From the sequence record OR455461.1: a DNA stretch of 64,000 nucleotides. One strand, written 5' to 3'. The DNA comes from Staphylococcus phage AH12. Made by a program: the position numbers and the translations under genes. The notes beneath the pieces are model-generated. The model was not told the origin of the DNA. It searched no databases and saw nothing but the letters and a program-made list of their open reading frames with translations. The stretch's first letter is position 1, and each line of letters opens with the position of its first letter. Shown in pieces: positions 8,647 through 20,500 of this stretch.

Positions 8647-9231
8647 TTATTTCATTACATTATACGTGTTAAATTGATTTTTTAATCTTTGCTTATCAAA
8701 TTTAATCATTGATTTAGTTTCAAAACGATTTGTATTAAGTTTATCAATATAATCATCTGAATATATTTCATCTATTAATTTTATTTCATGAAAACTAAGT
8801 CTATGTCTTTTAGCTAAAGGAATTAATAATTTATCAGATAAATGTTTAAACATTCTAGTGTCAGGATTATATAAGCTAAAATCATCAGATATAGCTATTA
8901 GAATACTATTTCTATATTTTTGAGGTATGATACCCTTATCTGCTAATTCTTGTAAATAATAACTAGGTTTATAATCTGATAATCCTTCTATAACTACATA
9001 ATCCTTATCTATCAATTCAACAAAATAATGCATAGGTAAAGCTCTAATATTAGCATGTCTAATTAAATAATTCTGAACTTTACCCCAAGAATATTTATAA
9101 GATCCCTTTAATAGATTTCTATCATCAAACTTATTTTCTTTAAGTATTAAATTATTCATATGAGTAATAACTACATGAGTTTGAAATGTATTACTTCTTC
9201 TACGTCTATCTTGTTTTATATCATAATACAA
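8647..9231 (-). CDS. Hypothetical protein
   Basis: 194-aa ORF. Confidence 0.45.
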   Translation of the reverse strand: MYYDIKQDRRRRSNTFQTHVVITHMNNLILKENKFDDRNLLKGSYKYSWGKVQNYLIRHANIRALPMHYFVELIDKDYVVIEGLSDYKPSYYLQELADKGIIPQKYRNSILIAISDDFSLYNPDTRMFKHLSDKLLIPLAKRHRLSFHEIKLIDEIYSDDYIDKLNTNRFETKSMIKFDKQRLKNQFNTYNVMK

Positions 9232-9255
9232 TATTTATTTCACTTCTTTCTAAAA

Positions 9256-9924
9256 TTAGCAATAACTAATTGAATTATATTTTTCTATTAATTTGTTAAA
9301 TGTAATCGGACCAACGTCTCCATCTTGTTTAAGATTATTATCACTCTGAAACTGTAATAAAGAACTTAACATAGTTCTATCAAATACATAGTTTTTACTA
9401 TCGTATTTATTAGCAGAATACCCCAAACCTGTCAGTGCGATACCAACTGTATTAACATCATTACCTTTCATATTATCTTCCCTATACATTAATAATCTGT
9501 AATAGCTTCCTTTAAGATTTCTATTATTTGAAATAGATGGTTCTTCAGGTTTATATTTTCTAGGTAAATGCATATCATAGTAATAAGGAAATTTAGGATT
9601 ACCATTATGGAATTTAAGTATAACTTTATCATAAAGGTTAGGTTTTCTTAAAGGTTTATCTAAATCATTATTCATTAATGGTTGACAAATTAAATAATTA
9701 CCTATGTCTACTTGACTTCTTACATCTAGATCTTCTATATTTATTATATTATTAATATTTAGGTTTCTTTTGATATTTCTTGGGGAATCCTGCAATTCAG
9801 TCATAATAAGTTCATACACAAATAGCTTTACTTCATATGTTTCATCGAAATCTGTATTATCTATAACTACAGCTTCAAAGTCTCGACCAAAATCAAATTC
9901 TTTAAACGATTCTTTATATTGCAT
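9256..9924 (-). CDS. Protein with a C-terminal peptidoglycan-binding domain (candidate lysin or virion-associated wall hydrolase)
   Basis: The C-terminus LQFQSDNNLKQDGDVGPITFNKL fits the PG_binding_1 consensus (DG.fG..T..al..fQ). Confidence 0.5.
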   Translation of the reverse strand: MQYKESFKEFDFGRDFEAVVIDNTDFDETYEVKLFVYELIMTELQDSPRNIKRNLNINNIINIEDLDVRSQVDIGNYLICQPLMNNDLDKPLRKPNLYDKVILKFHNGNPKFPYYYDMHLPRKYKPEEPSISNNRNLKGSYYRLLMYREDNMKGNDVNTVGIALTGLGYSANKYDSKNYVFDRTMLSSLLQFQSDNNLKQDGDVGPITFNKLIEKYNSISYC

Positions 9925-9973
9925 GTGTTTTATGAGCTCCTTTCTATTTAAAATGCATTGAGGGGGAAATGTC

Positions 9974-10198
9974 TTGTTACAGTTAGTCTTGCTATGCCTC
10001 TTTATTTATTTTTTGATTTTTAGTTTTCCACTGATTTTAAGTTATTTTAGAATTACTAAACAGTTGAATTCTTTAAAAGAAAAAATAACAAAAATAGAAA
10101 AGGAAACGAATAATCAAAGAAATTTAATTTTCAGATTATCTAAGTTTAATGAAGCTCTTTTAGAAGAAATAAAAGAACAAGAAAAAGATAAGCAATAA
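9974..10198 (+). CDS. Small membrane protein with a coiled-coil tail (holin or spanin-like candidate); TTG start
   Basis: 74 aa with an N-terminal TM segment LVLLCLFIYFLIFSFPLILSYF, then a charged helical tail. RBS AGGGGGAAA 5-13 nt upstream of the TTG. Divergent from the PG-binding protein gene. Confidence 0.35.
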   Translation: MLQLVLLCLFIYFLIFSFPLILSYFRITKQLNSLKEKITKIEKETNNQRNLIFRLSKFNEALLEEIKEQEKDKQ

Positions 10199-10232
10199 AA
10201 ATCCACAACGATAATAAAATATCGTTGTGGGA
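10188..10232 (-). terminator. Rho-independent terminator (minus strand)
   Basis: Hairpin CCACAACGATAATAAAATATCGTTGTGG. On the minus strand it is followed by TTTTTATTGC. Confidence 0.5.
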
Positions 10233-10241
10233 ATTATTGCA

Positions 10242-11078
10242 CTAAATATAAATAATATATTCTATATCTAAACCATCAGATAGATTCTTTAATGAACGAC
10301 TATCAAATGTTAAACGTGTAGCTAATTCAGTTCCATCAAATTTATTAGTATCTTCATTATATTTAGCTAACCAAAGACCTAACTCATTAATAATACTTCC
10401 TCTACATTCATCTGGTTCTACAGACATTTTTAAAGAAAATGCAACTGAACCGTCTTCATTATCAATAATAAATCCTTTTGATTCACCTAACGGTTTATCT
10501 TTTGTAGCATTAGTAAATCTTTTACCATAAAAACTAGTAGTTCCATCTTGTTTATCTTCTGATAAATAATATTTTTTCTTTTGTTGTTCTGATAGTTCTT
10601 CTACCATACTAGGATTATTTGCAGTTAAATCAGAATTTTCTTTATCTGGATTTTCTACTACAAAAGGAACAGGACGATTTAATTTTTGATCAGAGAATTT
10701 TACAGTGTATGGAGTAAATGCAGAGTTATTTACATCAGCTCCACCTGAACCTACTGAAAATAAGCATATTGTTCTTCCTTCAGTTTCATCACCATTATAA
10801 TTAGACGGTATACCTTGACCGAATAGTTTTTCTAAAATCCAAACTCTAGTTCTCATTAAAACTAAATTTTCTTCTTGATGAATTAATTCACCTGTTTTAG
10901 GATTTGTAAATCTAACAATACCCTTAATATAATTATTTAAATTTTCTTTAAAACCAGATTTTACATCTATAGAATTTGAATCTCTTGTTTCAACTCTAGA
11001 ACTTATATCATCTATTTGATTTTGTTCCATAGCTCCATTTTCAACCAATTTACGTGAAAAACGTTCAAAATTGAACAT
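10242..11078 (-). CDS. Hypothetical protein
   Basis: 278-aa ORF whose start overlaps the stop of the upstream 854-aa gene, suggesting translational coupling. Confidence 0.5.
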   Translation of the reverse strand: MFNFERFSRKLVENGAMEQNQIDDISSRVETRDSNSIDVKSGFKENLNNYIKGIVRFTNPKTGELIHQEENLVLMRTRVWILEKLFGQGIPSNYNGDETEGRTICLFSVGSGGADVNNSAFTPYTVKFSDQKLNRPVPFVVENPDKENSDLTANNPSMVEELSEQQKKKYYLSEDKQDGTTSFYGKRFTNATKDKPLGESKGFIIDNEDGSVAFSLKMSVEPDECRGSIINELGLWLAKYNEDTNKFDGTELATRLTFDSRSLKNLSDGLDIEYIIYI

Positions 11079-13642
11079 TAGTTTTCCTCCCTTTTGATTA
11101 TTGAAATGTTAACTTTATCTTCCATTTCAATATTTTCTTTTCTGATGATCTTATCAGTTATATTTTTATTATCTAATGTATTAATCTTATCTACATATTT
11201 TGTAGTTCCAGTATATTTAATATTTCCTTCATCAATTAAATGGATACTATTTTCAAATTTATCATCTAATTTAAATAATAGACTTGTATAAATTAAATCA
11301 GTTGTATATGATTTGAATAGAGTTATCAATATAGTAATATAATCTCTAATAAAATTAACAATACCTACAAAATTACTATTTGTGAAATACTGTTCTTTAA
11401 GATTAAGATGATTATCAATACTGCTTACTAATTCGAATATTCTCTCTCTAAAAATATTTTCTCTATCAAAAATATCTTCATCATATATTTCACTTTCAAC
11501 GACTGTATAATAATACAAATCAGGTTCTTTAAATTTAAGATAATCTGAATAAGTTTTAAAACCTTTAAAAATATCGTTACTAGAATTAGTAATAAATAGC
11601 TGTTTATGAAGATTATTAAATTTTTTTCGTAAATGAGGATCATTTGAATTATATATTAACTCTTCTAATTCTTTACGAAATTCTTCATTATACTTATAAA
11701 TTTCAATAATATCATAAATGTTAATAAGATCTTTATCTGAATCACTGTAAGATAATATATCACTGATGTAAGAATTTAAAGCTGGATATCTAGTTATTTG
11801 CTTTTTAGGAGTGTATAATTTATTTTTAATTGAATAATCTATTGATCTTCTTATAGATGTTACTAGCTTATCTATATTTTCTTCATTTTTATTTTGTTTA
11901 TAATCTTGATAAGATTTACTTAAAAAATTAACATTCATAACTTTAACAAATTCATCAATATCTTTATCAATAGAATTATCTTCTATCATAATCAAATATA
12001 CATCTTCTTTATTTATACGACCATCACGAATCATTACATTTAAAAATTTTTTGTAAATTTCCATAAAGTTCTTATAGTAAGATATATTTTTGAAATCAAA
12101 TTCTCTTTCATGTTTAGATATTTGTGTCCATAAATATCTCATACCATCTATAATTAAATCATTTTCAATATAGTATTCTAATTGTGTAGAACCATTTATA
12201 CCAGTCATTATTTCTGAAATAAATTTAAATTGTCTCTGAGCTAAATCAGACATTTCATATTCTCTAACAATATCTTCATAGCTTAGTGTATTTCTATTTT
12301 TAAATTTCTTAATATTAAGGAAATTTAGTTCTCTAGCAAAATCAGTATAATCCGATTTATCAAATTGTCTAGAATAAATATAGTTACGAATATCATCTAC
12401 AGTTTCTTTAATATCTGAATTAAAATTATAACCATAAATATTCATATTCTTATCATTCTTGATTCTATCATTCCATTTAATATAATTTATGACAAGTGTA
12501 TTAAGTGTAACAATTCCGTCAAAAACATTAAACTTTCTAGAACTGATTCTTGAGTTAGTCATATTAAAACTATCATCTTCAATAATGTCTTCATCTTCCT
12601 TCATTAAGTTAATTAAACTGTATAAGAATGATAAAGATTTACTATTATTAATTATGTCTATAACTGCGTCTGTAGAGATATATTTAGTTTGTATTACATT
12701 AAATGCTTTATCCATAACCTCTTCTTTAGTGTTTCTCCAATATGGATCAAGATCAATGATTTCATTATAACCGTATTGATTATCATTATATACATCAAGG
12801 TTATCATTTACATTTGTTTTATAAAATTTTAGATCATCTTCATGTTTAGCCAAGTAATATTTATTAATATCTATTGAGTTAATGGAGAATATATCTTCTA
12901 TAATTGGAAATATCTCATTTGTACCTTTATTACGGATTAAATCATTTATGCGTTTGTATGTTCTTCTTTGATATTCTAAAGGGAAATCGTCAAAGTAATC
13001 AAGTCCATTAGAAATAAAAGCATTCTTTAAATCTCTTTTAGTATATCTATCAACATCAAATACTCTATACATTGTTTTATTTATATATCTATGTATAGTT
13101 GCGTTAATTAAATACATATAATACATTTCTCTATAATAGACTTGATTATTAAAAGCTCTAGTGTGTGTTACCTTTTTAAAATAATTAAGAGCTTCAGAAT
13201 AACTTTCTAATAATAAAGATTCTTCTTTTTTATCTAATGTATGGTTACTTATTTTAATGATATCAAAATCATTTGATGTACGTGATATATATGGATCAAT
13301 ATCATACATATTTTGTAATTTCCCATAGTATGGATTACGTTCTTTATAATTTCTTAAAATACTATCTTTATCAAATACTGAATAGTAATCATCTAACGTA
13401 TTTTCTTTAGCTCTAATATATAAATCTGACTCCATCATAGAATCATTAGATTCTAATCTATCTGCAAATTCTTGATCCTTTATTATTAAACCTTGACAGA
13501 ATTTAACTATATCGTCTAAATTTTCTATATCTTCTTCAGTAAAGGCTTTATAAAAATAAAGAGGATTGTATTTTCTTAAATCATCTTTACTGAAGTTCTT
13601 ATAATCAGTGAATTCTATGGCCATTGAAATCCTCTCTTTCAT
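11078..13642 (-). CDS. Large hypothetical protein (854 aa), possibly a virion or portal-sized structural protein
   Basis: Long uninterrupted ORF. No motif could be assigned by eye. Confidence 0.5.
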   Translation of the reverse strand: MKERISMAIEFTDYKNFSKDDLRKYNPLYFYKAFTEEDIENLDDIVKFCQGLIIKDQEFADRLESNDSMMESDLYIRAKENTLDDYYSVFDKDSILRNYKERNPYYGKLQNMYDIDPYISRTSNDFDIIKISNHTLDKKEESLLLESYSEALNYFKKVTHTRAFNNQVYYREMYYMYLINATIHRYINKTMYRVFDVDRYTKRDLKNAFISNGLDYFDDFPLEYQRRTYKRINDLIRNKGTNEIFPIIEDIFSINSIDINKYYLAKHEDDLKFYKTNVNDNLDVYNDNQYGYNEIIDLDPYWRNTKEEVMDKAFNVIQTKYISTDAVIDIINNSKSLSFLYSLINLMKEDEDIIEDDSFNMTNSRISSRKFNVFDGIVTLNTLVINYIKWNDRIKNDKNMNIYGYNFNSDIKETVDDIRNYIYSRQFDKSDYTDFARELNFLNIKKFKNRNTLSYEDIVREYEMSDLAQRQFKFISEIMTGINGSTQLEYYIENDLIIDGMRYLWTQISKHEREFDFKNISYYKNFMEIYKKFLNVMIRDGRINKEDVYLIMIEDNSIDKDIDEFVKVMNVNFLSKSYQDYKQNKNEENIDKLVTSIRRSIDYSIKNKLYTPKKQITRYPALNSYISDILSYSDSDKDLINIYDIIEIYKYNEEFRKELEELIYNSNDPHLRKKFNNLHKQLFITNSSNDIFKGFKTYSDYLKFKEPDLYYYTVVESEIYDEDIFDRENIFRERIFELVSSIDNHLNLKEQYFTNSNFVGIVNFIRDYITILITLFKSYTTDLIYTSLLFKLDDKFENSIHLIDEGNIKYTGTTKYVDKINTLDNKNITDKIIRKENIEMEDKVNISIIKREEN

Positions 13643-14133
13643 TTATTTTTCTTAATATTTAGTTGTTACTTGAGAATTTATATTTTTATCAAATAAAAAT
13701 AATATATTATTATATTTCTATCAAAATATAATAATATATTTATTATGATTTTTAATTTTTTATATTAAAATTGGTATTAATAAATATATTAAATTGAAAA
13801 TCATAATGAAATTCATACAAATAAAATTAACTTAATAATATATTAATGAAGATTATTAAAACTAAAGAAATAAAATATTTATACAAATTTTTTTTGAAAA
13901 CCTCCAGAATATATTATTATATTTTAATATAAAATTATATAAATAATAAATAAATATTTTTTAGGGGAATAATTTTTAAGATTTTCTTTAATTTTAATTA
14001 ATATTATAAAAAATAATAGTAATTAAAAATATTATTAAAAATTAAGTAATATATTAAATTTAATAAAAGAAAATTTCAAAGAAAAAGTAATAATGAATTT
14101 GATATTAATTAATAAAAAGGAATTGAATAAAAA
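13643..14133. promoter_or_regulatory. About 490-bp extremely AT-rich (almost G/C-free) divergent intergenic region
   Basis: Lies between the start of the 854-aa minus-strand gene and the start of the plus-strand gene at 14134. Long A/T runs and no ORFs. Candidate divergent promoter cluster or DNA-unwinding element. Confidence 0.4.
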
Positions 14134-14769
14134 ATGGATAATAAAAATATTGATATAAAATTCAATAACTTAAATAATAAAAAAGTAAAGTTAAATAAAA
14201 ATAATAAGATCAATAATGTATTAATAAAAAAAGATTCTAATAATAATACAATATTAGTAAATAAACAAAGTAAGTTTCAAATATCAAGTTTATATTTTGA
14301 AATAGAATCAGAAAATAGTTTAAAGAAATTTATTAAGAATGTAGAAGGATTAGTAAGAAGATCAAATGAATATAAAAAATATTTATCAATATTAAAAGAA
14401 GAATACAATTTGAAAAATGATATAATAATGTCAAATATTACAGAAGATATGGCAACTACAGAATATCATCACTTTCCTTTTACTCTTTATGAAATTGTTG
14501 AAATTGTTACAAATAAAGCTATTATGGAAGATGAACAGTTTACATCAATAGATATAGCTGAAAGAGTTTTAAAATTACATTTTGAGAATAAAGTAGGATT
14601 AGTATTATTAACAAAAACAAATCATCAATTAGCTCATGCAGGTAAAATAATAATTCCATTATCCTCTATATTTGGTAAAGTAAATGAATTTGTAAGTTAT
14701 TATAAAGACTATATACTTGATCATCAAATAGAACAATACAATGAACTTATAGAAGCTTCAGATATATAA
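14134..14769 (+). CDS. Hypothetical protein with weak HNH-like His/Asn motifs and an N/K-rich low-complexity N-terminus
   Basis: 211 aa with TEYHHFPF ... TNHQLAHAGK. Only weakly suggestive of an HNH nuclease. Confidence 0.35.
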   Translation: MDNKNIDIKFNNLNNKKVKLNKNNKINNVLIKKDSNNNTILVNKQSKFQISSLYFEIESENSLKKFIKNVEGLVRRSNEYKKYLSILKEEYNLKNDIIMSNITEDMATTEYHHFPFTLYEIVEIVTNKAIMEDEQFTSIDIAERVLKLHFENKVGLVLLTKTNHQLAHAGKIIIPLSSIFGKVNEFVSYYKDYILDHQIEQYNELIEASDI

Positions 14770-14852
14770 ATTTTTAATATTTATTTTAAATATATATTAT
14801 ATAAATGTAAATCATTAAAGATTTATATAATATATAAAAATTAGGAGATGAA

Positions 14853-15644
14853 ATGGATATGACAGAAGAAGCTTTAATTAAGGCTATATATTTATTTAAG
14901 GAAGATAAGAACGATATTGAAATTGATATAGCTAAGAATATTATGGATGAACTTAAAGAAGAGGATAATCGAAAAGAATTTGATGATTTAGAAAGAAGAA
15001 TAATCAATATTGAAGATACAAAAACATTTAGAGATTTTTATAGCTTTAAAATGATTAGAAGAAAATCAGATTTTATTAAAGGAATTGCTTTTGATAATTT
15101 TAATGATTTCTTTTTAGATAGTTTAGAACTTAATAAAGATTATAACTTTGCTAAAAATATATTTGAGTTTTTAACAATCTTAAGAAAACAAGATAAATCA
15201 GAAATGTTTCCAGATGGAAAAGAAAATATTGAAGATAGATTAATTGCATTAATGTCTAGTTATATTACAGAAGAATATAATAAGAAATATAATTTAAATT
15301 ATTATAATATATATAATATTATGGTAGCTACTTATATCGATATGTATATTTTCTTCTATAAAGAAGAATTGATGAACGGTAACAATATTTTAGAATTAAA
15401 AGAAGAATCTAATGAAATTAAATTATTCTCTGAAAGTTATATTAATGATTTCTTAAATGAATCTATAAAAGCTACAGAAATATTTGATGAAATTAATAGT
15501 AATATATTAAAGAATTTTCCACCACAAGTTAAACCTGACATTAATAGTTTACTACATGAAATTAAGAAACAGGCAAATAAAATTGCTAGTGAAAATAATG
15601 TAGATATGTCACTAGTAAATACTCTAATTGAATATAAACAATAA
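14853..15644 (+). CDS. Hypothetical protein
   Basis: 263-aa ORF with RBS AGGAGATGAAATGG upstream, followed by a terminator. Confidence 0.5.
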   Translation: MDMTEEALIKAIYLFKEDKNDIEIDIAKNIMDELKEEDNRKEFDDLERRIINIEDTKTFRDFYSFKMIRRKSDFIKGIAFDNFNDFFLDSLELNKDYNFAKNIFEFLTILRKQDKSEMFPDGKENIEDRLIALMSSYITEEYNKKYNLNYYNIYNIMVATYIDMYIFFYKEELMNGNNILELKEESNEIKLFSESYINDFLNESIKATEIFDEINSNILKNFPPQVKPDINSLLHEIKKQANKIASENNVDMSLVNTLIEYKQ

Positions 15645-15656
15645 TTAATAAAATTG

Positions 15657-15702
15657 AGGTAATGATCATTAATTTGATCATTACCTCTAATATTTTTTTT
15701 TC
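15657..15702 (+). terminator. Rho-independent terminator; member of the GAGGTAATGA hairpin family
   Basis: GAGGTAATGATCATTAATTTGATCATTACCTC followed by TAATATTTTTTTTTC. Confidence 0.6.
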
Positions 15703-16964
15703 TAAAAGATATCCATTTTATGAATATCTTTTTTTCTTCCTTGATTAATTAATTCATTAATCATATTAATCTTTCTCATATCTGCATATAATACAAGTGT
15801 ATGAACTACATTAGATTGTGGTTCTTTAACAATCAATTCGAAATTATCATAGTCAATATAAAATTCACTTTTATCCATAGATTTATTATTTCTAAATAAT
15901 TTGAATTCAATGATTTTTTCTATATTTCCTCCAAGTTTATTAATTTCTTTAATAGATTTTATTATGTTTTTATCCATTATAGACTCTATTGGAGTACTAT
16001 CAAATTTAACATTCATTTCAGTATTGAAATTTCTTTCAAGTAATAATTTCATTCCTCTATCATTCTCTTTAGGAATCATATCTTGTAATATTGCAATATC
16101 AAATTGTAATATATCTTCTCCAGGGTTTTCTATCTCTCTTTGAATATTAAAGTCTTCTTCAATTTCCAATATATAACTACCAGGTACCCATAATTCAGCA
16201 GATATTGCATATTTGACTGCACTTTGTTTATTTATTAAATTACTTATTTCATTTTCATAATTAACTAAATCTGGATAATTTAAAAGTATATTAGTTGTAA
16301 AATCATAAGTATATTTTTCTTTACCATTGGCTAGATTTTTTTTGTTAGTTATTGGACCTAATCCATTAGACATCATATAATCATTTAACTTAAGTCTATC
16401 ATCATTATTATTAATATCTAAATTTAATTTCTTACATATATTTACAATAAATATTTCTGGTAATTGTGTTGGTATTCTTATTTCATTTGCAAAATTATAA
16501 CCACCAGATTCAAAAGTTTGATTAATATGATTAAGGGTATTCCAAGCACCCATTTGTGTTTGTAATAATATACCATAATTAAATACTATTTTATATCTTT
16601 GAGGTACCATGAATATTCTTATACCTCTTGTATCATCTTCAAATATCATTCTATAATTTCTTTTTAAATTCTTCATTACAAATCTATCTGTTTTATGCCA
16701 CATTGGTAAACTAGACATAAAACCATCACCCAATTCAAATTGTGTAGTCATAGCTAAATGGGGATATCCCTTTTTTAGATTCTTCATATCTTTTAAAGAA
16801 TTTGAATTCAAAGCTGTACTTACATAAGTTGAAGCAAAAAAATTGCTAGGGAACATTGATTTAAAATAATTCCACATAAATGACTGTACACCACTTATAA
16901 CACTTGATAATGAAGGCGATGCAGTACACATTGAATAATTACTATTTTCTCCTAATTGAGGCAT
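15702..16964 (-). CDS. Hypothetical protein (420 aa)
   Basis: Long ORF ending just after the terminator hairpin. Confidence 0.5.
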   Translation of the reverse strand: MPQLGENSNYSMCTASPSLSSVISGVQSFMWNYFKSMFPSNFFASTYVSTALNSNSLKDMKNLKKGYPHLAMTTQFELGDGFMSSLPMWHKTDRFVMKNLKRNYRMIFEDDTRGIRIFMVPQRYKIVFNYGILLQTQMGAWNTLNHINQTFESGGYNFANEIRIPTQLPEIFIVNICKKLNLDINNNDDRLKLNDYMMSNGLGPITNKKNLANGKEKYTYDFTTNILLNYPDLVNYENEISNLINKQSAVKYAISAELWVPGSYILEIEEDFNIQREIENPGEDILQFDIAILQDMIPKENDRGMKLLLERNFNTEMNVKFDSTPIESIMDKNIIKSIKEINKLGGNIEKIIEFKLFRNNKSMDKSEFYIDYDNFELIVKEPQSNVVHTLVLYADMRKINMINELINQGRKKDIHKMDIF

Positions 16965-17076
16965 ATATTTACCTACTTTCTATTATCATTATAATAATAA
17001 AAATGTTGAGTAATTTTTTAAAGTCCATTATTAACTTTTATTATATATTATTAAAAATAAAGGAGAAATTTAAAAT

Positions 17077-17494
17077 GACTGAAACAATTGAAAGAGTAAA
17101 AATTAAAAATAAAGATCTTAATAAGGTATATGAAATTCTTTTCAATATCCCATTAAATGGTAATAAATCTAGACATCGTACTAAATTTATTAATAATATT
17201 AAAGAAGCTCATGAAGAGTTTGCTAAAGATAGAGAAGAAATGATAAATGAATTTTCTAAAAAAGATAATGAAGGAAATTTAATTCAAGATCCTAATGATC
17301 CTAATAGTATTATTCTTAATACTCAAGAATTCCCAAACGCTAAAGAAGATATACTCGCTATTGATGTTGAATATGCGTATATTCCTGTAAAAGATAGAGA
17401 AATATTATTAAATATTATCGATGGAATGGAAACTCAATTATCAGGAGAAACTGCAATTATTATTGATAGTGTAGCAGAGCAGTTAGAAGATTAA
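17077..17494 (+). CDS. Hypothetical protein (the annotated 16904 start is probably too far upstream)
   Basis: ATG at 17077 is preceded by AAAGGAGAAATT. It is the internal Met of the 196-aa ORF. Confidence 0.45.
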
Positions 17495-17538
17495 TAAAAC
17501 ACATTAATATCAATAAGACGGAAGGATGGTGAAAAAAT

Positions 17539-20500
17539 TTGATTAGTATTCTTAATACTGATAGAAATAGAATTGAAAATAAAATAATATCAGACACTTT
17601 TGAAAATGTATTATCTTATGAAAAATTAGTGTATGATTTTAAAAATAAAACTGAAGTAATTAACTTAACTTTTAAAAATAAAAATTATATTCCATTAAAT
17701 TCATATATAACTGTATTAGATGAAAGTAAAAATGAATCAGAATTTGTATGTATTAAAGAAAATGATAAAGATTCAATTTTAATTCCTGCTTATACTAAAG
17801 ATTTGAATAATAAATTTACTTCTTCAACTCAAGAATTAAAAGGTTCATTGAAATCAATTATACAAACTTTACTACTTAACACAGGGTATAAAGTTGAATT
17901 TAATGATTTAGTTCAAGATGAAGAAATAATTGTTAAAGAAAGCAAAAAAACTATATATGAGAAATTATTAGATATTTTATTTGAAAAAGATTTATCTATT
18001 AGACATAAATATGATTTAGATAAAAATGAAAGAACTTTAATAATTAATAAAGGTAAAGATTTAAGAAAATCTAATCCTAAAGAAATTAATGGTAGAATTC
18101 CTGGATTTGAATTTAATATCGATAAGTCTAATATTAAAACTGCTTTAATTGTCTATGATAAAACGAGCAAAGAATCAATCACAGTTAGAGATTCTATTAA
18201 TCAAAAACGTTTCATTAAAAATAATGAATATATCTTTGATACTATTGAAGTAGAAAATAAATCTAAAGAAGAAATGGAAGATATTGCTAATTTAAAACTT
18301 AAAGAGAGTTCTTTAAATTCTATTGAGTTAAAATTAACTGGTTTAGTTTTAAGACAATGGACAAATTGTCATTATAATAAATTTATTTCTAGTCAAATTT
18401 TCATCGATTATAAAATAGTTTCTCCTGAACTTATTTCAGGATTTCAAATAAATAAATTAGAGAGAAGTTTATTTGATTATAATATAGAAAGATTTAATTT
18501 TTTTGCTAGTTATAAGTCTTCTAATGAAGTTAATTCACCTGAACTTATATCTAATTATCTTAATGAAGGTAATACAAATATTATAATTGACGAAAATTCT
18601 TATTCAGATAGTAACGATATGAAATTATTAGAAAATTTAATTAATAAGAAAATGGAATCTATTAAAGAATATATAGATAATATTACTAATAATTCAAATA
18701 GTGAAGGTTCAATAGGATTAGGTAATTTAAAATCTAATAAAGAACTCAATTTCGATGCCATTATTTCTGATTATAATATAATTAAATCTCAAAAAGATAC
18801 TGTTAATAATCAATTAAAATCAATATTTGATTCATCTTATCTTAAAGAAGATTCAATTAAAATTCAGGTTAGAGATAAAATTAAAGAAATTGATAATGGT
18901 TTTGAGAACCTTAAGTCTAGTGTGAATACTCTTAATAGAGCTGATCAAGATGAAGAGTTAATGAAAAACATTAATAAAGATTTTATAAGCTTTTATAATA
19001 TCATAAAATCTACTAAAAATATTATCGAAATTTCTAATGAAGCAATTAATTTAGAAATGAATAAACTTCAAAATGAATATTCTCATGGTATTAAAGATAC
19101 TGTATTTAATGAAATTGCTAGAGTTTTAGGTTTAAGTTACGATAGTAAAACTCAAGTTCTTAAAGGTAATATTAATTTAATGTCAGATATAAATGATATT
19201 AGAAATTCAATGGACTTAATGAGAGATAAAGTAAGTAGAATTGAAAATGATCTAAGTGATTCAGGAGTTGTTTTAAGAGGTCAATTAGATAATCTTAAAG
19301 AAAATATAGCTAATGTATTAGGTTTACCTTTAAATTCTGAATCTGGTATGATTGATGGGTCTATTGACAATCAAGATTTAATAGATAAAATTAAACAACA
19401 AATTTCTGATGTAAAAGATAATATTGAAACTTCTAAAAATAATTTAATTGAAGTTAAAAAAGATTTAGAAACTCAACAAGATGAATTACAACAAAAATCA
19501 TTAGATATAGATTCTGTAATGGCAGAAGCTAACTTAGTTAGAGAAGAATTAACTCAAGAATTGGAAACTTCTCAAAAAGAATTTGATTACTATATGGATT
19601 CTCGTGGAGACAATTTAATATTCAATGGTAATGCGGATCAAGGTGATGAATCTAATTTCCCTGGTATGTATTATGATCGTAGTGATGCATTCCAGTCAGC
19701 CGCTTCTTTTAGAATGGATGGATTTAATACAACTACTCAAACAGAACGATTAATTCCAGTTAATCCAGAAAAAACTTATAAGCTTTCAATGTTCTTAAAG
19801 AATAATAATTCATTACCTTCTTCAATAGGTCATTTAAGTTATGATAAAGATGGACAATTAATTGAATCTCAACATGTAATGGGTTCTGAAAAACCAGTTA
19901 TAACTTTAGCACAAGAATTAAGACAAGGAGATAAAGTTATATATTTCAATAGTCTAGATGGTCTTGATGATACTTATAGATTCCAATCAGCATCTTTAGA
20001 TGAAGAAGATGACACACCTAATTATGATTATGATAGAGACGGTTCTGTAGAGATAACTCAAAATGATGATATGTTGTCTATAGACGATCCAAATGCTGTT
20101 CCAGATCCTGAAGAAGAAAATATTTTATATGCTGAAGATACATCTGTAGTTTCTCCGGAAGATGCTACCGACCCTGAAGATATAGATATCCCTATGAGCG
20201 AATCTGATACCCCTACAGAAACAAACTCAGAAGTTGTTGACGAAGATGAAGCAATTAAAAATATGTCAAATAATTATAACATATCTAACGCAGGGATAGT
20301 TAATAGAAATATTAATCCTAATTTAATTGATTATAATGATAATCATTCATTAGTTATTTGGGATTTTAGAAGTAATGACGGTTATAGATATGGAGAATCT
20401 ACTTATTCTAGAAACGTATTTATGAATGCTTGGGATTATGGAGCTATTGATAGAGAAAATAACTGTATTTATCTTAATAGACCTTTTGATTTAATTAACT

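Noticed and set aside
16904-17494. 196-aa ORF start at 16904
   Set aside because: The first 58 codons overlap the divergent minus-strand gene start and lack an RBS. An ATG at 17077 with AAAGGAGAAATT upstream is the more plausible start.
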